Shown: in pieces, positions 1 through 11,944 of the stretch
Layout: every line of letters starts with the position of its first letter
How positions within the stretch are numbered: the first letter of the stretch is position 1
NCBI RefSeq assembly: GCF_027921745.1
Contig: NC_079238.1
Span: 1,984,001 to 2,048,000, forward strand
Reading direction: 5' to 3'
Source of the DNA: Schizosaccharomyces osmophilus
Taxonomy: Eukaryota
Length of the DNA stretch: 64,000 bases
The notes under the pieces: generated by a model
Told to the model about the DNA's origin: nothing
Databases searched by the model: none
What the model saw: the letters and a program-made list of their open reading frames with translations, nothing else
Made by a program: the position numbers and the translations under genes

Positions 1-811
1 GCTTTTAAAGACAATGAAGTAAAGGAACCCTTTTAGTCAGATTAAACAAAGGCCAAAGTCAAAGTAAAACACGTAAACACGTTCTTAAGTTAAATAATTG
101 AATAAAACAAGTCCTGACAATTCACAACTTTGTAGACTTGATGTTGGGAATTGGCAGTATGAGAGATTCCAGTCGAATGTCTACCTCACCATTATCGAAT
201 ATTAGTATTATATAAGTATATTGCTAATTAGGTGCCACTCTACCATACAAAGCAATTTTTTTTTTTTTTTAATTTACAAATAGGATTCCTTTTTTATAAA
301 AAAATTTCTTCCTCCATTTGTTTTTCTGATGATCGTTTACCGGCCGTTTTCCTTCCTTTTGGAGAGATGTTAAATGACTTTCGTGAGCCGAATCTCCACT
401 GTCGAATAGACCAAAGCAGCTAAAGTAGTATGGACCTAAAAAAATTATAAAAGACAATGCAAAATTTCGAAGCAACTTCTTAAAGAAGGCCCTTCGACCT
501 TCACCCTAAGGGCCATTTGCCAATGCAAGCACGTAGCCGATTCAAACCATCAATGCCATCCGTTGCTTATTAGAAGTACACTAATTAAGAAAATAAGTTT
601 TTCACTTGATCGTCTCAATACTCTTCCTAATGATGTTTTTTGTTTTTCACCTTCTTGTTTACACATTATTTTGTCATAGATGTTACTTGAGAAAAGTAGC
701 AGTTAAAGTAGCATTGCGATGAGGATGTAAGGTTACTTTCTACTACCATACATTGTAAACAGGGCACTCGATTCTTGATTACATATCAATTCTAGTTGTC
801 TTTGAGCTATA

Positions 812-2094
812 ATGAGTAGCAGCTCAACCGTTACGAAAAAAAAGGGCACGAAGCTAAAGCGGCCGTATGTAAATTAACGATTTTGCGGAATGACAAGTTA
901 ACATCATTGGATTAGTGATAAATCGCGTTTCGTACAGCAGACTCTTCCTGCTTGGCAATTTATCTTTACGCCATGGTCTGTTCTTCCTTTGCTATTTGTA
1001 TTGGGGGTCATATTTGCTCCTCTGGGTGGAGCAATGTACGTAGCTAGTCAACGGGTATGTTTTGTTATAAAATTCACGCTTGAAAGTAATGTGCATCTTA
1101 AAAGTACAGTACAAGTATTTTGTGGATTTCATTTACGATTACCGAGTTCCTTTTTGTTTAACAACATTGCTAGGTACGAGAAGTAAGGCTTGACTATACG
1201 AATTGCTTAAATGCTGGTACTACTTTTACGGACGTACCTGAAAAGAATATTGTGTATCAAATGAGTGAATATAATAATGTGTCTGCTAAATGGAAGTCAG
1301 AAAATGATCATTGCTATATACGTTTTAAAATCCCAGAAAAATTGGGTGCTCCATTGTATTCCTTTTATCGCTTGACAAATTTCTATCAGAACCATCGTCG
1401 GTATACTGCAAGCGTTGATGTTCTTCAGCTCCGTGGTGAAGCAAGGACAGCGGAAGAGATTGAAGTAGGCGAATGTAGCCCATTAACTCTTAATGAAAAC
1501 AGAAAACCATATTATCCTTGTGGTTTAATAGCCAATTCATTATTTAATGATACTTTTTCATCGCTCATTCGCTACGATTCGTGGGATAGCACGAATTTGT
1601 TGGATGTTTACCAAATGACTTCAAACGGAACAGCCTGGCCGGAGGATAAAGAGCGTTATATGAAGACCAGCTACAACGCTTCCGACGTTGTCCCGCCTCC
1701 AAATTGGTCCCAGAAATATCCTGATGGATACAACGACGAAAATTTCCCTGATATATCCGCCTGGGATGAATTGCAGGTATGGATGAGAATAGCAGCTCTT
1801 CCGACTTTTAGTAAGCTTTCAAAGAAAAATTCCACGGAAGAATTGGAACCTGGTATTTATGAAGTTGATATAGGTTACAATTTCCCTGTAACCGAATTCG
1901 GAGGCACCAAGTCCTTTATGCTTTCTACAACTACCGCCATAGGTGGTAAGAACTACTTCTTAGGGATCATGTATATGGTAATTGCTGGCCTAAACATTGC
2001 CAGTGGTATAGTTTTGAGTATTGCATGTCTAATTAAACGACGACGCGTGGGAGATCCACGATATTTATCTTGGAACAAAGAGAAAACTACGTGA
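812..2094 (+). CDS. ivn1: CDC50/LEM3-family P4-ATPase flippase subunit; exons 812-864, 916-1054, 1174-2094
   Basis: Spliced N-terminus MSSSSTVTKKKGTKLKRPDKSRFVQQTLPAWQ joins the 1252 ORF in frame. CDC50 motifs FYRLTNFYQNHRRY, PCGLIANSLFNDTF, WMRIAALPTFSKL and GGKNYFLGI are present. Both introns are GTATGT..TAG. Confidence 0.92.
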
Positions 2095-2402
2095 CGGGTA
2101 TATAATGTTCAAGTTTGATCTTGCTGTTTATTCATCACTTGTGCTAAAATGTGCTTTAAGGATTATATTATGAACGAGTAATGTCTTCTTTGAAATTGAT
2201 ATGCGTGTTTAACTCTTTCTTTTGTTGTAAAATAGATCTTCTATTCGTCTTCCTTGGACTTATACCTTTGTAAACCTATCCATATATACATACATAAATA
2301 CAATATGTATATATACTAATGAAATTTCGAAACGAATAAATGCGTGTGCAAGAAAATTATATGTTAGCAAATAAAATAAATGTTGGTCATTTTCTTTTTA
2401 TT

Positions 2403-3020
2403 TCACAGAATACCTTGACAAGTTGCATAAAGACTGGCCGCTAGAAGATGTGCACAGTACGGAGGATGCTGTGATACACATTCACCTCCCCAGCGATCCC
2501 ATTTTTTATGATACTTTTCTTGGGAAAATGTATGGAGATTTTTGAAGGCATTATATATGAACTGTGGACAGTTACAATGCCATATATGTAAGTTCAAATG
2601 AACGACTTTGCCAGATTCAAGGGTGCATTCCCAAAGATGGTATGATGGATCCTTCGGGTATAAAACATTCGAATCCATCAGGGCCATAGCTGAGTCCCAG
2701 ATATTGTGAAGAAGGAAACTAAGGCCAAGCCATATATCACCTATGGAGGAATCAGAAAGCAGGAGCTCGTTTAGGCGCAATTCTCGTGACTCCTTAATAG
2801 CATCTACTTTTGCAATATTGATTTTTTCTTCTAGAGTTGAAATGAGATCACTCAGAATAGATCGAATATTCGTAGACGACTTTTTTAACGTACTGTCATT
2901 ATTGAATATTACCAGGTCACCTTCCGTTTTCTCTTTAACAGACTGTGACGACGAGAGTGGGATCTCTTGATCATTCTGGTTTTCTTCTTTAGTGTACTGA
3001 ATTTCTGTTTCTTTTTCCAT
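2403..3020 (-). CDS. sws1: SWIM zinc-finger protein (Shu complex, homologous recombination)
   Basis: WHCNCPQF...CAHLLA is the CxC-x(n)-CxH SWIM motif; position fits recalled synteny. Confidence 0.85.
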   Translation of the reverse strand: MEKETEIQYTKEENQNDQEIPLSSSQSVKEKTEGDLVIFNNDSTLKKSSTNIRSILSDLISTLEEKINIAKVDAIKESRELRLNELLLSDSSIGDIWLGLSFLLHNIWDSAMALMDSNVLYPKDPSYHLWECTLESGKVVHLNLHIWHCNCPQFIYNAFKNLHTFSQEKYHKKWDRWGGECVSQHPPYCAHLLAASLYATCQGIL

Positions 3021-3564
3021 CTAGACGATCGGAGTATCTAACTTATTCGAGACAAATCTTAACGTTTCTTTAAATAAATTGCCATCCAAATTCTTCATTC
3101 AGTGTAAGATTCAGTATCCTGCAAATTTCCTAAAGCCCAATTCATCACCTTCTTTATAAGTGCTTTTCAATGGATATCTAGAAAGCTATTTACCATATTC
3201 ATTTAGTACCTTAATTTTCAAATTTGTAAGGTGCTTTATAAAGCCTAGAAAACGTAAAGATACCAATTCTTATATCTTTAGACTTCAGACATTCAATAGT
3301 GTTGTTTTTAGTTTTCCCAGGTCACTCGACCATACTTAAGAAAGTGAACCGTAGAGGATTGACATCTAAACTCCTTTCATGTCGCATTTATAAACGATCA
3401 TTTTATAAGCTTTATCCTTCTCAAACCTGAATTTATTTGTTGGTCGTGAACATACTACTTTTGGTTCTTCACGTCGTTGTCATCTATAAAACAAGCTTTA
3501 GAAACGAGTTTGTAGGAGCTTTGATAAAGAACTTGTCTTTTATACACTAGTACATAAACCGGAC

Positions 3565-5004
3565 ATGACGAGGCCTGCGTTCTCAGAAGAATTCGTCGAC
3601 TATTACGATGTGTTAGGAATCGAAAGTACTAGTGATTATGTCCAAATCCGTCAACAATATCTAAAATTAGTTTTGCGTTTCCATCCTGACAGAAATCCAG
3701 GCCGAGAGCAAGATGTGATTCCACATTTTCAGTTGATCCAAAGGGCACATGAAGTTTTGCGAGATGGAAAGCTGCGGGAATTATATGATCAAAAACGTCT
3801 ATTAGAATTCGGAAGGTTGGACGGGCTGTCTCGATTTCGCCCAAAAAAAACAGACTATACTTCTCCAAATCGTAAGGGCCCCAATGTAACCTCAAAAGTG
3901 AGCACAAAAGTTTCAGAATACTTTTCTAGAAACAAAAAGAAGGGCGATTTAGGTAATGAACAAGCACATGGATCTCCTTACCGTCCTTTTTCGTCTGCTG
4001 AACGGCAGAGATATTCATCGTCGTATTCGACGAGGAGTCCCATCTCTAGCCCAATTCCAGTAATAAGCCATGAAGATCAGAAAGGATTATATTCCTCCTC
4101 CAACAACAACTCCCATGAGCGGAATCCAGCAAACAATGCAAATGTTAATAACCGATTTCAACCTCTCTCCAAGTTTGAAGCAAAGCTGTATTTAGAATCT
4201 TTACGAGAAAAACGACGTTCCTTTAGCTCAACTCCTAAATCTGATAACACCTCTTATACCCGTTCTCCTACTTCTACTTCAAGTCCTCATTCAGTGTTTA
4301 CACATTCTAACCAAGAAAAACCTTCATTACACCAAGAACCTCCCCAAAGTCCAGAGTCATTTTCAATTTCACTCAATTCTCTTTCTCCATCTCCTCGTTT
4401 ACCTCAGCATTATAAACGGGATCTCCGTCACCATCGTCCGACTTCCATAGCGACCGATTTTCGCTCGATTTCAAGCTATAATCCTGATCACATAGCTTTT
4501 GGGAAAATAGAAGAAATTCAAGATGACTCTTTACAACCCCCCAATTCCGCTAATTCTGTTTCCTCATCAACCGAATACCATAATGAGCTTCAAAAAGTTT
4601 TGCGCTCTTTAGAAAGAGAAGAAGAATTTGAAGATGAGATAACTCAATTGCTTCCAAATCCACCAAGCTTCCCTCAAATTAAAGCTCCAGTTCCTCCTCT
4701 GTTACCCACGGACATTTCAAATGAAACCATTGATAAGTACTTTCATGACTTTGAAGTATACCAGAAAAAATGGTCTTCTTACTCTTTGATATATACTCAG
4801 TTTTTATTTCATTGGCAAATATTCAAAAATAAATGCTTTCAACTGGACCTCATGAATACTCCAGGACATACTAGACTCTTGCATAACTGGCAGGAGGGAA
4901 CTCAAAACACTCGGGAATTTTTATCTTTTGAAGAAATGCATTACACAGCTATTTCTGATCTAATGTCCTTCAAAGAATCTTTATTCTCGTCCCTCAACCT
5001 TTAG
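3565..5004 (+). CDS. rsp1: DnaJ-domain protein, random septum position protein
   Basis: N-terminal J domain (DYYDVLGI...FHPDRN, HPD motif) followed by a long S/P-rich region; synteny. Confidence 0.85.
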   Translation: MTRPAFSEEFVDYYDVLGIESTSDYVQIRQQYLKLVLRFHPDRNPGREQDVIPHFQLIQRAHEVLRDGKLRELYDQKRLLEFGRLDGLSRFRPKKTDYTSPNRKGPNVTSKVSTKVSEYFSRNKKKGDLGNEQAHGSPYRPFSSAERQRYSSSYSTRSPISSPIPVISHEDQKGLYSSSNNNSHERNPANNANVNNRFQPLSKFEAKLYLESLREKRRSFSSTPKSDNTSYTRSPTSTSSPHSVFTHSNQEKPSLHQEPPQSPESFSISLNSLSPSPRLPQHYKRDLRHHRPTSIATDFRSISSYNPDHIAFGKIEEIQDDSLQPPNSANSVSSSTEYHNELQKVLRSLEREEEFEDEITQLLPNPPSFPQIKAPVPPLLPTDISNETIDKYFHDFEVYQKKWSSYSLIYTQFLFHWQIFKNKCFQLDLMNTPGHTRLLHNWQEGTQNTREFLSFEEMHYTAISDLMSFKESLFSSLNL

Positions 5005-5251
5005 TCTATACCCAAGTTTTAGCATAGTTTATGTTTATTTATTTATCTTTATCTCATTTTTCTATTAAGTCAAGTAAATTCGTAACTTGATTAGTCTCAT
5101 AACGGTTAAATAAAAATCTGTTCTTCTCTCCATTTGCTTCCTGGCGACACCTACCTCCACACACCAACCAAGCATTGGAAGGAAGGCATGAATTCTAAGA
5201 TCCTTCGTTTTTATTACTAGAAAAACTATTATACTAAAAAAGTAGATAAAA

Positions 5252-6136
5252 ATGAGGTTATCGATTCGACAGTTGTACCGACCTGGCTTTTTATGCGGCC
5301 AAAGTCAAGGGCTTTTTGGATCCAACTTCCTGTCCAATTTCCACACAAGTTCTGTAGCTTATGGTCTAAAAAAACAAAAGGCTAGTCGCCGAAGGAAGAT
5401 GAATGTAGAGCGTCAAAACGAACTGCATAAGAAACGCATAGCTAACCAGGGAGATTTTGTAACGGGTAATTCTACTGATTGGACTAATCAGTTAATTCGC
5501 TCAAAACAATTCTTTCAAAATCAGCTACAAAAAAAATCTACATCTCTCACTCCCCTCAAATTTCCTATTCCCATGGTTGAAGTCGACAACATTTTGCAAA
5601 AATTTGACGAACTCAATGTGTCCACGTTAAAGGAAGCTCGCGAATTCCTAAAGATAGATGATTTTGCCGCCCCGGGATCTACTGACAACGTATTTGAGTC
5701 TTTGCGTGACTTGGATGAAGCCCCAGGTGCTGCTGAATATTTTCAAAAATTAGCACAAGAACTCAGTAATATGTCTCAGATCAATGACTCTAGAAAAGAG
5801 AGTATTCGAAGGATTTTCAGTCTTTCGAATTCAAATGCTAAATTGGCTGAAGCAAATAATAAACGTACTGCTATTGAATATTTCGCAAAGACCGACAATG
5901 ACACAGGAAGCCCGGAAGTTCAAGCAGCAGCCTTTACGAGCCAAATTTTAGCCTTAAAAGATCATTGTAATCGAAACCACAAGGATCAAACGGCTAAGCG
6001 GAAATTTCGCTTTTACGTTCATCAAAGGCAAAAGATGCTCAAGTACTTACGATTGAAAAACTTCGAACGTTATATGTCTTGCATTGACAACTTGGGACTT
6101 ACAGACGATGCTGTTTTAAGGGAGATTACCATGTGA
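5252..6136 (+). CDS. mrps28: Mitochondrial ribosomal protein uS15m
   Basis: C-terminal S15 domain (DTGSPEVQAA...HKD...QRQKMLKYLR) and an Arg-rich presequence-like N-terminus. Confidence 0.9.
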   Translation: MRLSIRQLYRPGFLCGQSQGLFGSNFLSNFHTSSVAYGLKKQKASRRRKMNVERQNELHKKRIANQGDFVTGNSTDWTNQLIRSKQFFQNQLQKKSTSLTPLKFPIPMVEVDNILQKFDELNVSTLKEAREFLKIDDFAAPGSTDNVFESLRDLDEAPGAAEYFQKLAQELSNMSQINDSRKESIRRIFSLSNSNAKLAEANNKRTAIEYFAKTDNDTGSPEVQAAAFTSQILALKDHCNRNHKDQTAKRKFRFYVHQRQKMLKYLRLKNFERYMSCIDNLGLTDDAVLREITM

Positions 6137-6337
6137 TGAACATAAACCTATGTTTTCAACGTAACATATTCGGGCCTGCTATTTATCCCTTTCTCGTTAT
6201 TTAGTTTTTACCCATCATCTTTTTTGAAAGGGAGATTCAATAATCTTCGCCTGAAAATATGTAAATTTATTAACAACGCATAAATAATCATGACTAGTCT
6301 ATAACAAGAAAATGTTTGGTAAAAGAAAGTAGCAAAA

Positions 6338-7483
6338 CTAAAGTGGTTTCTCTTCAGCTTGTGATATCAGCATATTAAGCCATTCCTTTCCGAGAATTTT
6401 ATAAAGATGAATGGTCATATCGGTTCCCACTTTAGTTAAACTTTGGTTGCAATAATACAACTGTAAGAGTAGAGAAGAACGAGCCGTGGTTTCATGAATT
6501 CTAGGAAAAAAAATTTCCAAAACATAACAAATCTCTTTCACTATTTTATTCACAAAAAGAGAAAGGATGTTTTGACTAAAGCTTTGCAGGCTCTCACGAT
6601 CCAGCCCGGGAAGAGCAGATGTCTCATTAGAAGGAAGGTTAGCACCGTCAATAGTAGAGCTTACTGGATCCGTATACAAGGTGGTAGACTCATAAAATAC
6701 GCTTTGGTATTGGAATAGCAAAGAGAAAGCACGATCACGAATGACTTGTAGATATCTCTTCAAGTAAAGTTCTGGATTATTATAATCCAGCAAGGGAATT
6801 AAGTTCTTTAAACTCGTCTGCAGCTGCTGCCAAGCGTTAAAGAGAAAAATATATTTGATTTCCGCCTCAGAAAGCTTGCTAGTTACACGAAGATACGTTA
6901 CTATCTTGATAAGGGTATATTGCTTTAGGGGCTTTTGAAGCTGTAGCAAGAATTTTGCGGATAACTTTTCAGATAATGTCTCAACTTGATATACCAAATC
7001 CTGTATGACTGCATTTGAACCAAACCTATCTCGTAAACGGTAAGCGAGCCCTTGAAATTCTAAAGCTTCTGAGAAATACTCTTTATGAATACAAGAATCC
7101 ATCAACTCAGGAATTTTCAGAATACTTGAGACCTGGTGCTGCATCCGATGCATAAGTAAGGCTTGCTGATGATGTACTGAAATCGACGACAAAAAGTCTT
7201 GATTTTGAGAGGCGATATTATGCAGCACATCTTTTTTACCATAAATATTCACCGAAATTTCCTGAGTATTGCTCAGCAACGCCTTGGTAGCAGCTTGACT
7301 TTCTGCTAATTCAACCAGTGTTTTATAATTGGACTGCAGATAAGAAAGCTTTTCTTGATCCAGAGTCTCAGCCTTTCTTTTCAATTGTTCTTTTTCAGTT
7401 TTAATGTCTCTAAACGGACGACCTATGAGTTCTTGCAAATAGGATTCAGTATGAGAAGCACGGTACTTTTCAGTTTGAGCCAT
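6338..7483 (-). CDS. cog8: COG complex subunit Cog8/Dor1
   Basis: Dor1-like ILKIPELMDSCI...EALEF. First ATG is at 7483 (the ORF track starts at an upstream TTG); synteny. Confidence 0.85.
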   Translation of the reverse strand: MAQTEKYRASHTESYLQELIGRPFRDIKTEKEQLKRKAETLDQEKLSYLQSNYKTLVELAESQAATKALLSNTQEISVNIYGKKDVLHNIASQNQDFLSSISVHHQQALLMHRMQHQVSSILKIPELMDSCIHKEYFSEALEFQGLAYRLRDRFGSNAVIQDLVYQVETLSEKLSAKFLLQLQKPLKQYTLIKIVTYLRVTSKLSEAEIKYIFLFNAWQQLQTSLKNLIPLLDYNNPELYLKRYLQVIRDRAFSLLFQYQSVFYESTTLYTDPVSSTIDGANLPSNETSALPGLDRESLQSFSQNILSLFVNKIVKEICYVLEIFFPRIHETTARSSLLLQLYYCNQSLTKVGTDMTIHLYKILGKEWLNMLISQAEEKPL

Positions 7484-8025
7484 TCTCGTTTGCTTAAAGC
7501 GTAAAGAAGGTAACGGATGCTTGTATAACCTATCCAAAAGAAAATTCAGCTTACAAGTTTGCTGAGATTGTTACAGCAAGCGCCTGTTGAGAAGGGACTA
7601 ATGCTACTTCCTTTGATTATAATAAGTGCCTAGAGCACACAAAAGTATGTATTGTAAATGTGAAAACAACTTGCAATAACCAATTTAATGTTCAACAATA
7701 ACAAGAGTAACTACAGGTTAACCGTGGCAGCTAGAGCATATAACAAGTGTATGGTAGAATAAAGCCAACTACGGTAGTATGCTTTTAATAAACTATCATG
7801 TAGTAATGTATACACAACACATGCCTTTAATAAGTTTTTGCACATATTCTGCAAAAAATGTTATGTAAAATAATCTTAATATGTAAGAGCATATATATGC
7901 TTCTTAATAGATTTCGTTAAACTGGTGCTTGAAGTCCCTGGTGGACTTCACTATCTGTTATTGAAGTGGAAAACGGGGACATAGGAACATGATGCCTTCT
8001 TTACCAAACTTCTCAGGTTTCAATT

Positions 8026-9436
8026 ATGTTTGATTTAAATACCTGTATTCGTAAAAACATTTTGGACTTACAGCCTTATCGCTGTGCTAGAGAGTAAGTA
8101 TTGTTGTAGATGAGGTTTGGTCGCGTTTGACTAACCTGTTTAGTGACTTTTCAGAGTAAGTAATTAGCAGGCCTTCATGTTTTAGGCTCAACTGATTTTT
8201 GTGTGAAACAATGTGGTGGCTATTTTATTCCTATCGAATTTTGCTGCTTTGTAAGAGCCGTAGATTGGCTCAATTGATTCATTGTATAAGAATCAAGCTA
8301 ACAAGCACATCAGAGGTATTCTTTTAGATGCTAATGAATGCTCTTTCGGTTCAGTTCTCAACGATGCTGGCGTTGAGTATAATCGATATCCCGACCCTAG
8401 ACAGAATGAAATCAAACAAAGGTTTTGTGAATTAAGGAATAAGGAGCATCCTTATGCGAAACCGTTAAAGCCCGAAAATATGGTCGTTGGTGTTGGCAGT
8501 GATGAGATTATTGATTCCTTGATCCGCATTTCTTGCATTCCTGGTAAAGACAAAATTTTGGCTTGCCCTCCTTCATACGGCATGTATCCTGTCTCTGCTA
8601 AGGTCAATGACATTCAGGTCGTCAATGTTTTGCTTAAACCCGATTTTGATTTGGATATCGACGCAGTCTACGATACCCTTTCTAAGGACAACTCTATCAA
8701 GGTGGTTTTTGCTTGCTCTCCCGGTAATCCCACGGCTAAAACTCTCAACCTTAACAGCATTAAAAAGCTATTGGCTCATCCAACTTGGAACGGTATCATT
8801 GTTATGGACGAAGCCTATATTGATTTCGCTTCTCCTGAAAAGACTGCCGTTTCTCTAGTCAATGATTACCCCAACTTAGCAGTCTGTCAAACTCTCTCTA
8901 AGTCTTTTGGTCTCGCTGGTATTCGGTAGGTTGCGATTATATATATGCTTTTTTTGGTACTAACATTGTCTAGCATTGGATTTTGCCTAACCAGTCCTGA
9001 AATTGCAACAATCATGAACTCGTTAAAAGCCCCATATAATATCAGTGAACCAACTTCTCGTTTGGCTATTAAGGCTTTGTCTCCCGAATCTGTTTCCAAA
9101 ATGTATGAGCATCGTGATAGAGCTCTTGCTCAACGCGACCGACTTTGTAAAGAAGTCACTGCTATCCCCGGTGTAGGCAAAATCATTGGTGGCTTCGATG
9201 CAAATTTCATACTCGTTCAAGTTTTGTCTAACCCCGTGAATGGTGTTCCTAGCAATGAGGTTGCGAAGTTCGTTTATTTGAAAATGGCTACCGATTACAA
9301 GATCGTCGTCCGTTTTCGTGGTAATGAACCCATGTGTGAGGGTTCATTGCGTATGACCATCGGCACTGAAAGTGAAGTGTCAGCTTTACTCAGAACTTTC
9401 AGGCATACATTGGAGGAGTATTATGCAAAAAACTGA
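8026..9436 (+). CDS. his3: Histidinol-phosphate aminotransferase; exons 8026-8093, 8144-8155, 8314-8925, 8974-9436
   Basis: Spliced MFDLNTCIRKNILDLQPYRCARDDFSEGILLDANE; motifs NRYPDP, GSDE, DEAYIDF and the PLP-lysine motif TLSKSFGLAGIRIG. All three introns have CTAAC branch sites. Confidence 0.95.
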
Positions 9437-9674
9437 ATATTCTTTGAATTTTGAACTTTTCTCCTATAGTTAGTTTGGCTATGAATTTTCAAGTTATGTA
9501 CGTTGAAGTGCTCTTACAATATTTAGATTTAGAATCCTTTTTTGTGACTTTAGTTTAGGAAGGAAATTAGAATTAATTTTCATTGTTGTTTTATATCTTA
9601 GTACCTTAGCAGAAAGGATATGTTTGCTAATCGAAAAAGGAACGAAGACGAATTACAAATAATAAATTAAAAAA

Positions 9675-11433
9675 CTAAACATTTCTGGCAAGAACAGCCA
9701 CTGTAATGATTAATAAAACAGTTACGGTGCCGCCGTACCAAAGGCTTAATCCAAAATTTGGGTAGTCGTTGGTACCAGCGATAACGTTAAAAAAGCTTAA
9801 TGAATAAAAAGACAAGATCGTAGTTATCAGCCAGGTAAATGCAGCTAATGTCAAAAGAGCGACCGAACCATGAAAGCAGCGTATTGTGTAACGTCTAGGG
9901 GTTGAAGAACAAATTCCAGACATTATCTCTGATTCTACTTTAGAAGCCATTGCATCAGCCGAAAACTCATTTATCACCGACTTTCTTCCTTCTTCACCCA
10001 TTGCTTTAATATCATATGATGAATTAGTAGCAGCTTCATGAATTACATTTCCCCAGATTTTGGGATCGCGAGGACGGAGCCAACCTGTTTTTCCATCGAA
10101 TACAGTTTCTAAAGGACCACCATTTGACTGGGCAAGAACAGGTACTTCTCGGAGCATTGCCTCGAGAGGTACAATTCCAAAGTGCTCATTTTCCGGCGTA
10201 TAAAGGAGAATTTTTGAAGTAGAGATGAGCGCATCTCTAACATCAGAAGGCACGGATAGTAAAAACAAAACATTTACTTGAGGGTCTATGGATAAATTTT
10301 TCCAGTCATCTTTGACGGTATGATAGGAGAAACCCTTCTGCTTGCATAAATCTTGAAGTAGCTCTAAATATTTACGATTCTCAGCTACACGTGTGTCAAA
10401 CCCTCCGGCAATAACTAAAAGGTAGTCAGAAAACTGGTCCGAAGATAAATCGCGAAGAGCAGCAAACGACTCGATCGCCAAGGCAATATCCTTTTTTAAT
10501 TCATATCTATTGACAGAAATGAGTAGTTTGCGAGATCTAAATTACAAAGACGGACTGGATGATTTCTTTATCACTTGAATGACAAGACAGTGTAAAACCA
10601 GCCAAGAAATCCCCAAGTCACATCCAAGAATCTCTGTTAGTAAATAGAATACATACTTAAATTAGTAATACATACGAAATTGACTCAGAGATTTCATATT
10701 GCGAAGAAAGGTCTGCAGCCTTAACATCTACGCAGGGATGGATAATTCGAAGAGGCTTTCGGACTTTGGGAAAAGCTTTCTTAAACACGGACGCTGTAAA
10801 ATTGCTATTAACCACAATGCGATCAGCTAAACGAACAGACCAAGCCTCAAATGAATCAAAAGGAACCCGATAAAGTTTCTTAAGTATTCCACCTCCTGGT
10901 TTTACCAAATATTTGTCTGGAAAATGACAATAAAACAGCAGCGTACGGCAGGCGAGTAAAAGCATTGGGATGCAAGTAGATAACTGATCGACAAATATAG
11001 CATCATAATAACGAAATTTGAAAAGAAGGACTAATGTTAAGTAGATCTGTCGCACAGTACTACAAAGAATCGACAGTTTGCCAAATATAGAAGATGGTAA
11101 CCAATCGCCGTAAATTTCTACTTTCAAGGTACCTGTAATAACAAGCTGTTAGTAATCAATGCATTTTAAAGTACTATCGCTGTTCGTACCATCTCGGATT
11201 TCTTCAAAACAATGCCTTTTGTCACAATGAGAAGTATAAATGATAACCTCTTTCCCAAGGGACTGTAATCCTACAGCGGCATCTACTACTAATCTTTCTG
11301 CTCCTCCTGAATAAAATGAGTTAGTAGAGTAATCTCTACGACTGTTGTTTTAATTACCAATTCCTAAATCGGGATGAATAAAGGCAATTCGCACTGGAGC
11401 TTTTCCAGTAATGTTACTGTTTTCTTCTTCCAT
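9675..11433 (-). CDS. alg2: Alpha-1,3/1,6-mannosyltransferase Alg2 (GT4); introns 11307-11357, 11133-11189, 10537-10675
   Basis: Spliced [40 protein letters not shown] and [11 protein letters not shown]; two C-terminal hydrophobic segments. Confidence 0.93.
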
Positions 11434-11933
11434 TATACTTTGTATACTTAAACCTCAATTTGAATTATTAGATACGAGGCCTTTTTATTCCTGGTGTTGG
11501 TGGTTTAGGCTGTAAACTCCAACCTCCAAGTGCTCTACTCATCTCGTTACAAAGCTTGTTTAATTTCTTATATTAGGTAAATTACATGGTTCTTGAATGG
11601 AAATTAATAACGTGTGAATACTTTCAATTTGTCAATTCGTATTCATCTGTGTATGTCAATTTCCTTTAGAAGAATTATGCATTATTATGATTGGAAATAT
11701 TTATCATGAAAATATACACTTGGCTAGGCAGAAAAACCTAACTAATACGTACTTAACTTTCAGGATTAACTACGGAACGTATGAAAAATCCCAAGTTTGC
11801 TGTACTCTCATTTCGCTTGGGACGCTTCAAAGAACAACATCGAGTTCAATCGCTTGATAATTCAGTTTTCAATAACCTAATAGAAAAGAAAACAAGGCTT
11901 TAATTTTACTTTACTTATTTTCTTTCTCTATGT

Positions 11934-11944
11934 TGTTTGTTTAC
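11934..11944 (-). promoter_or_regulatory. Forkhead FLEX element GTAAACAAACA upstream of mok12
   Basis: The + strand reads TGTTTGTTTAC, the extended Mei4 FLEX consensus, about 550 bp before the mok12 ATG. Confidence 0.7.
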
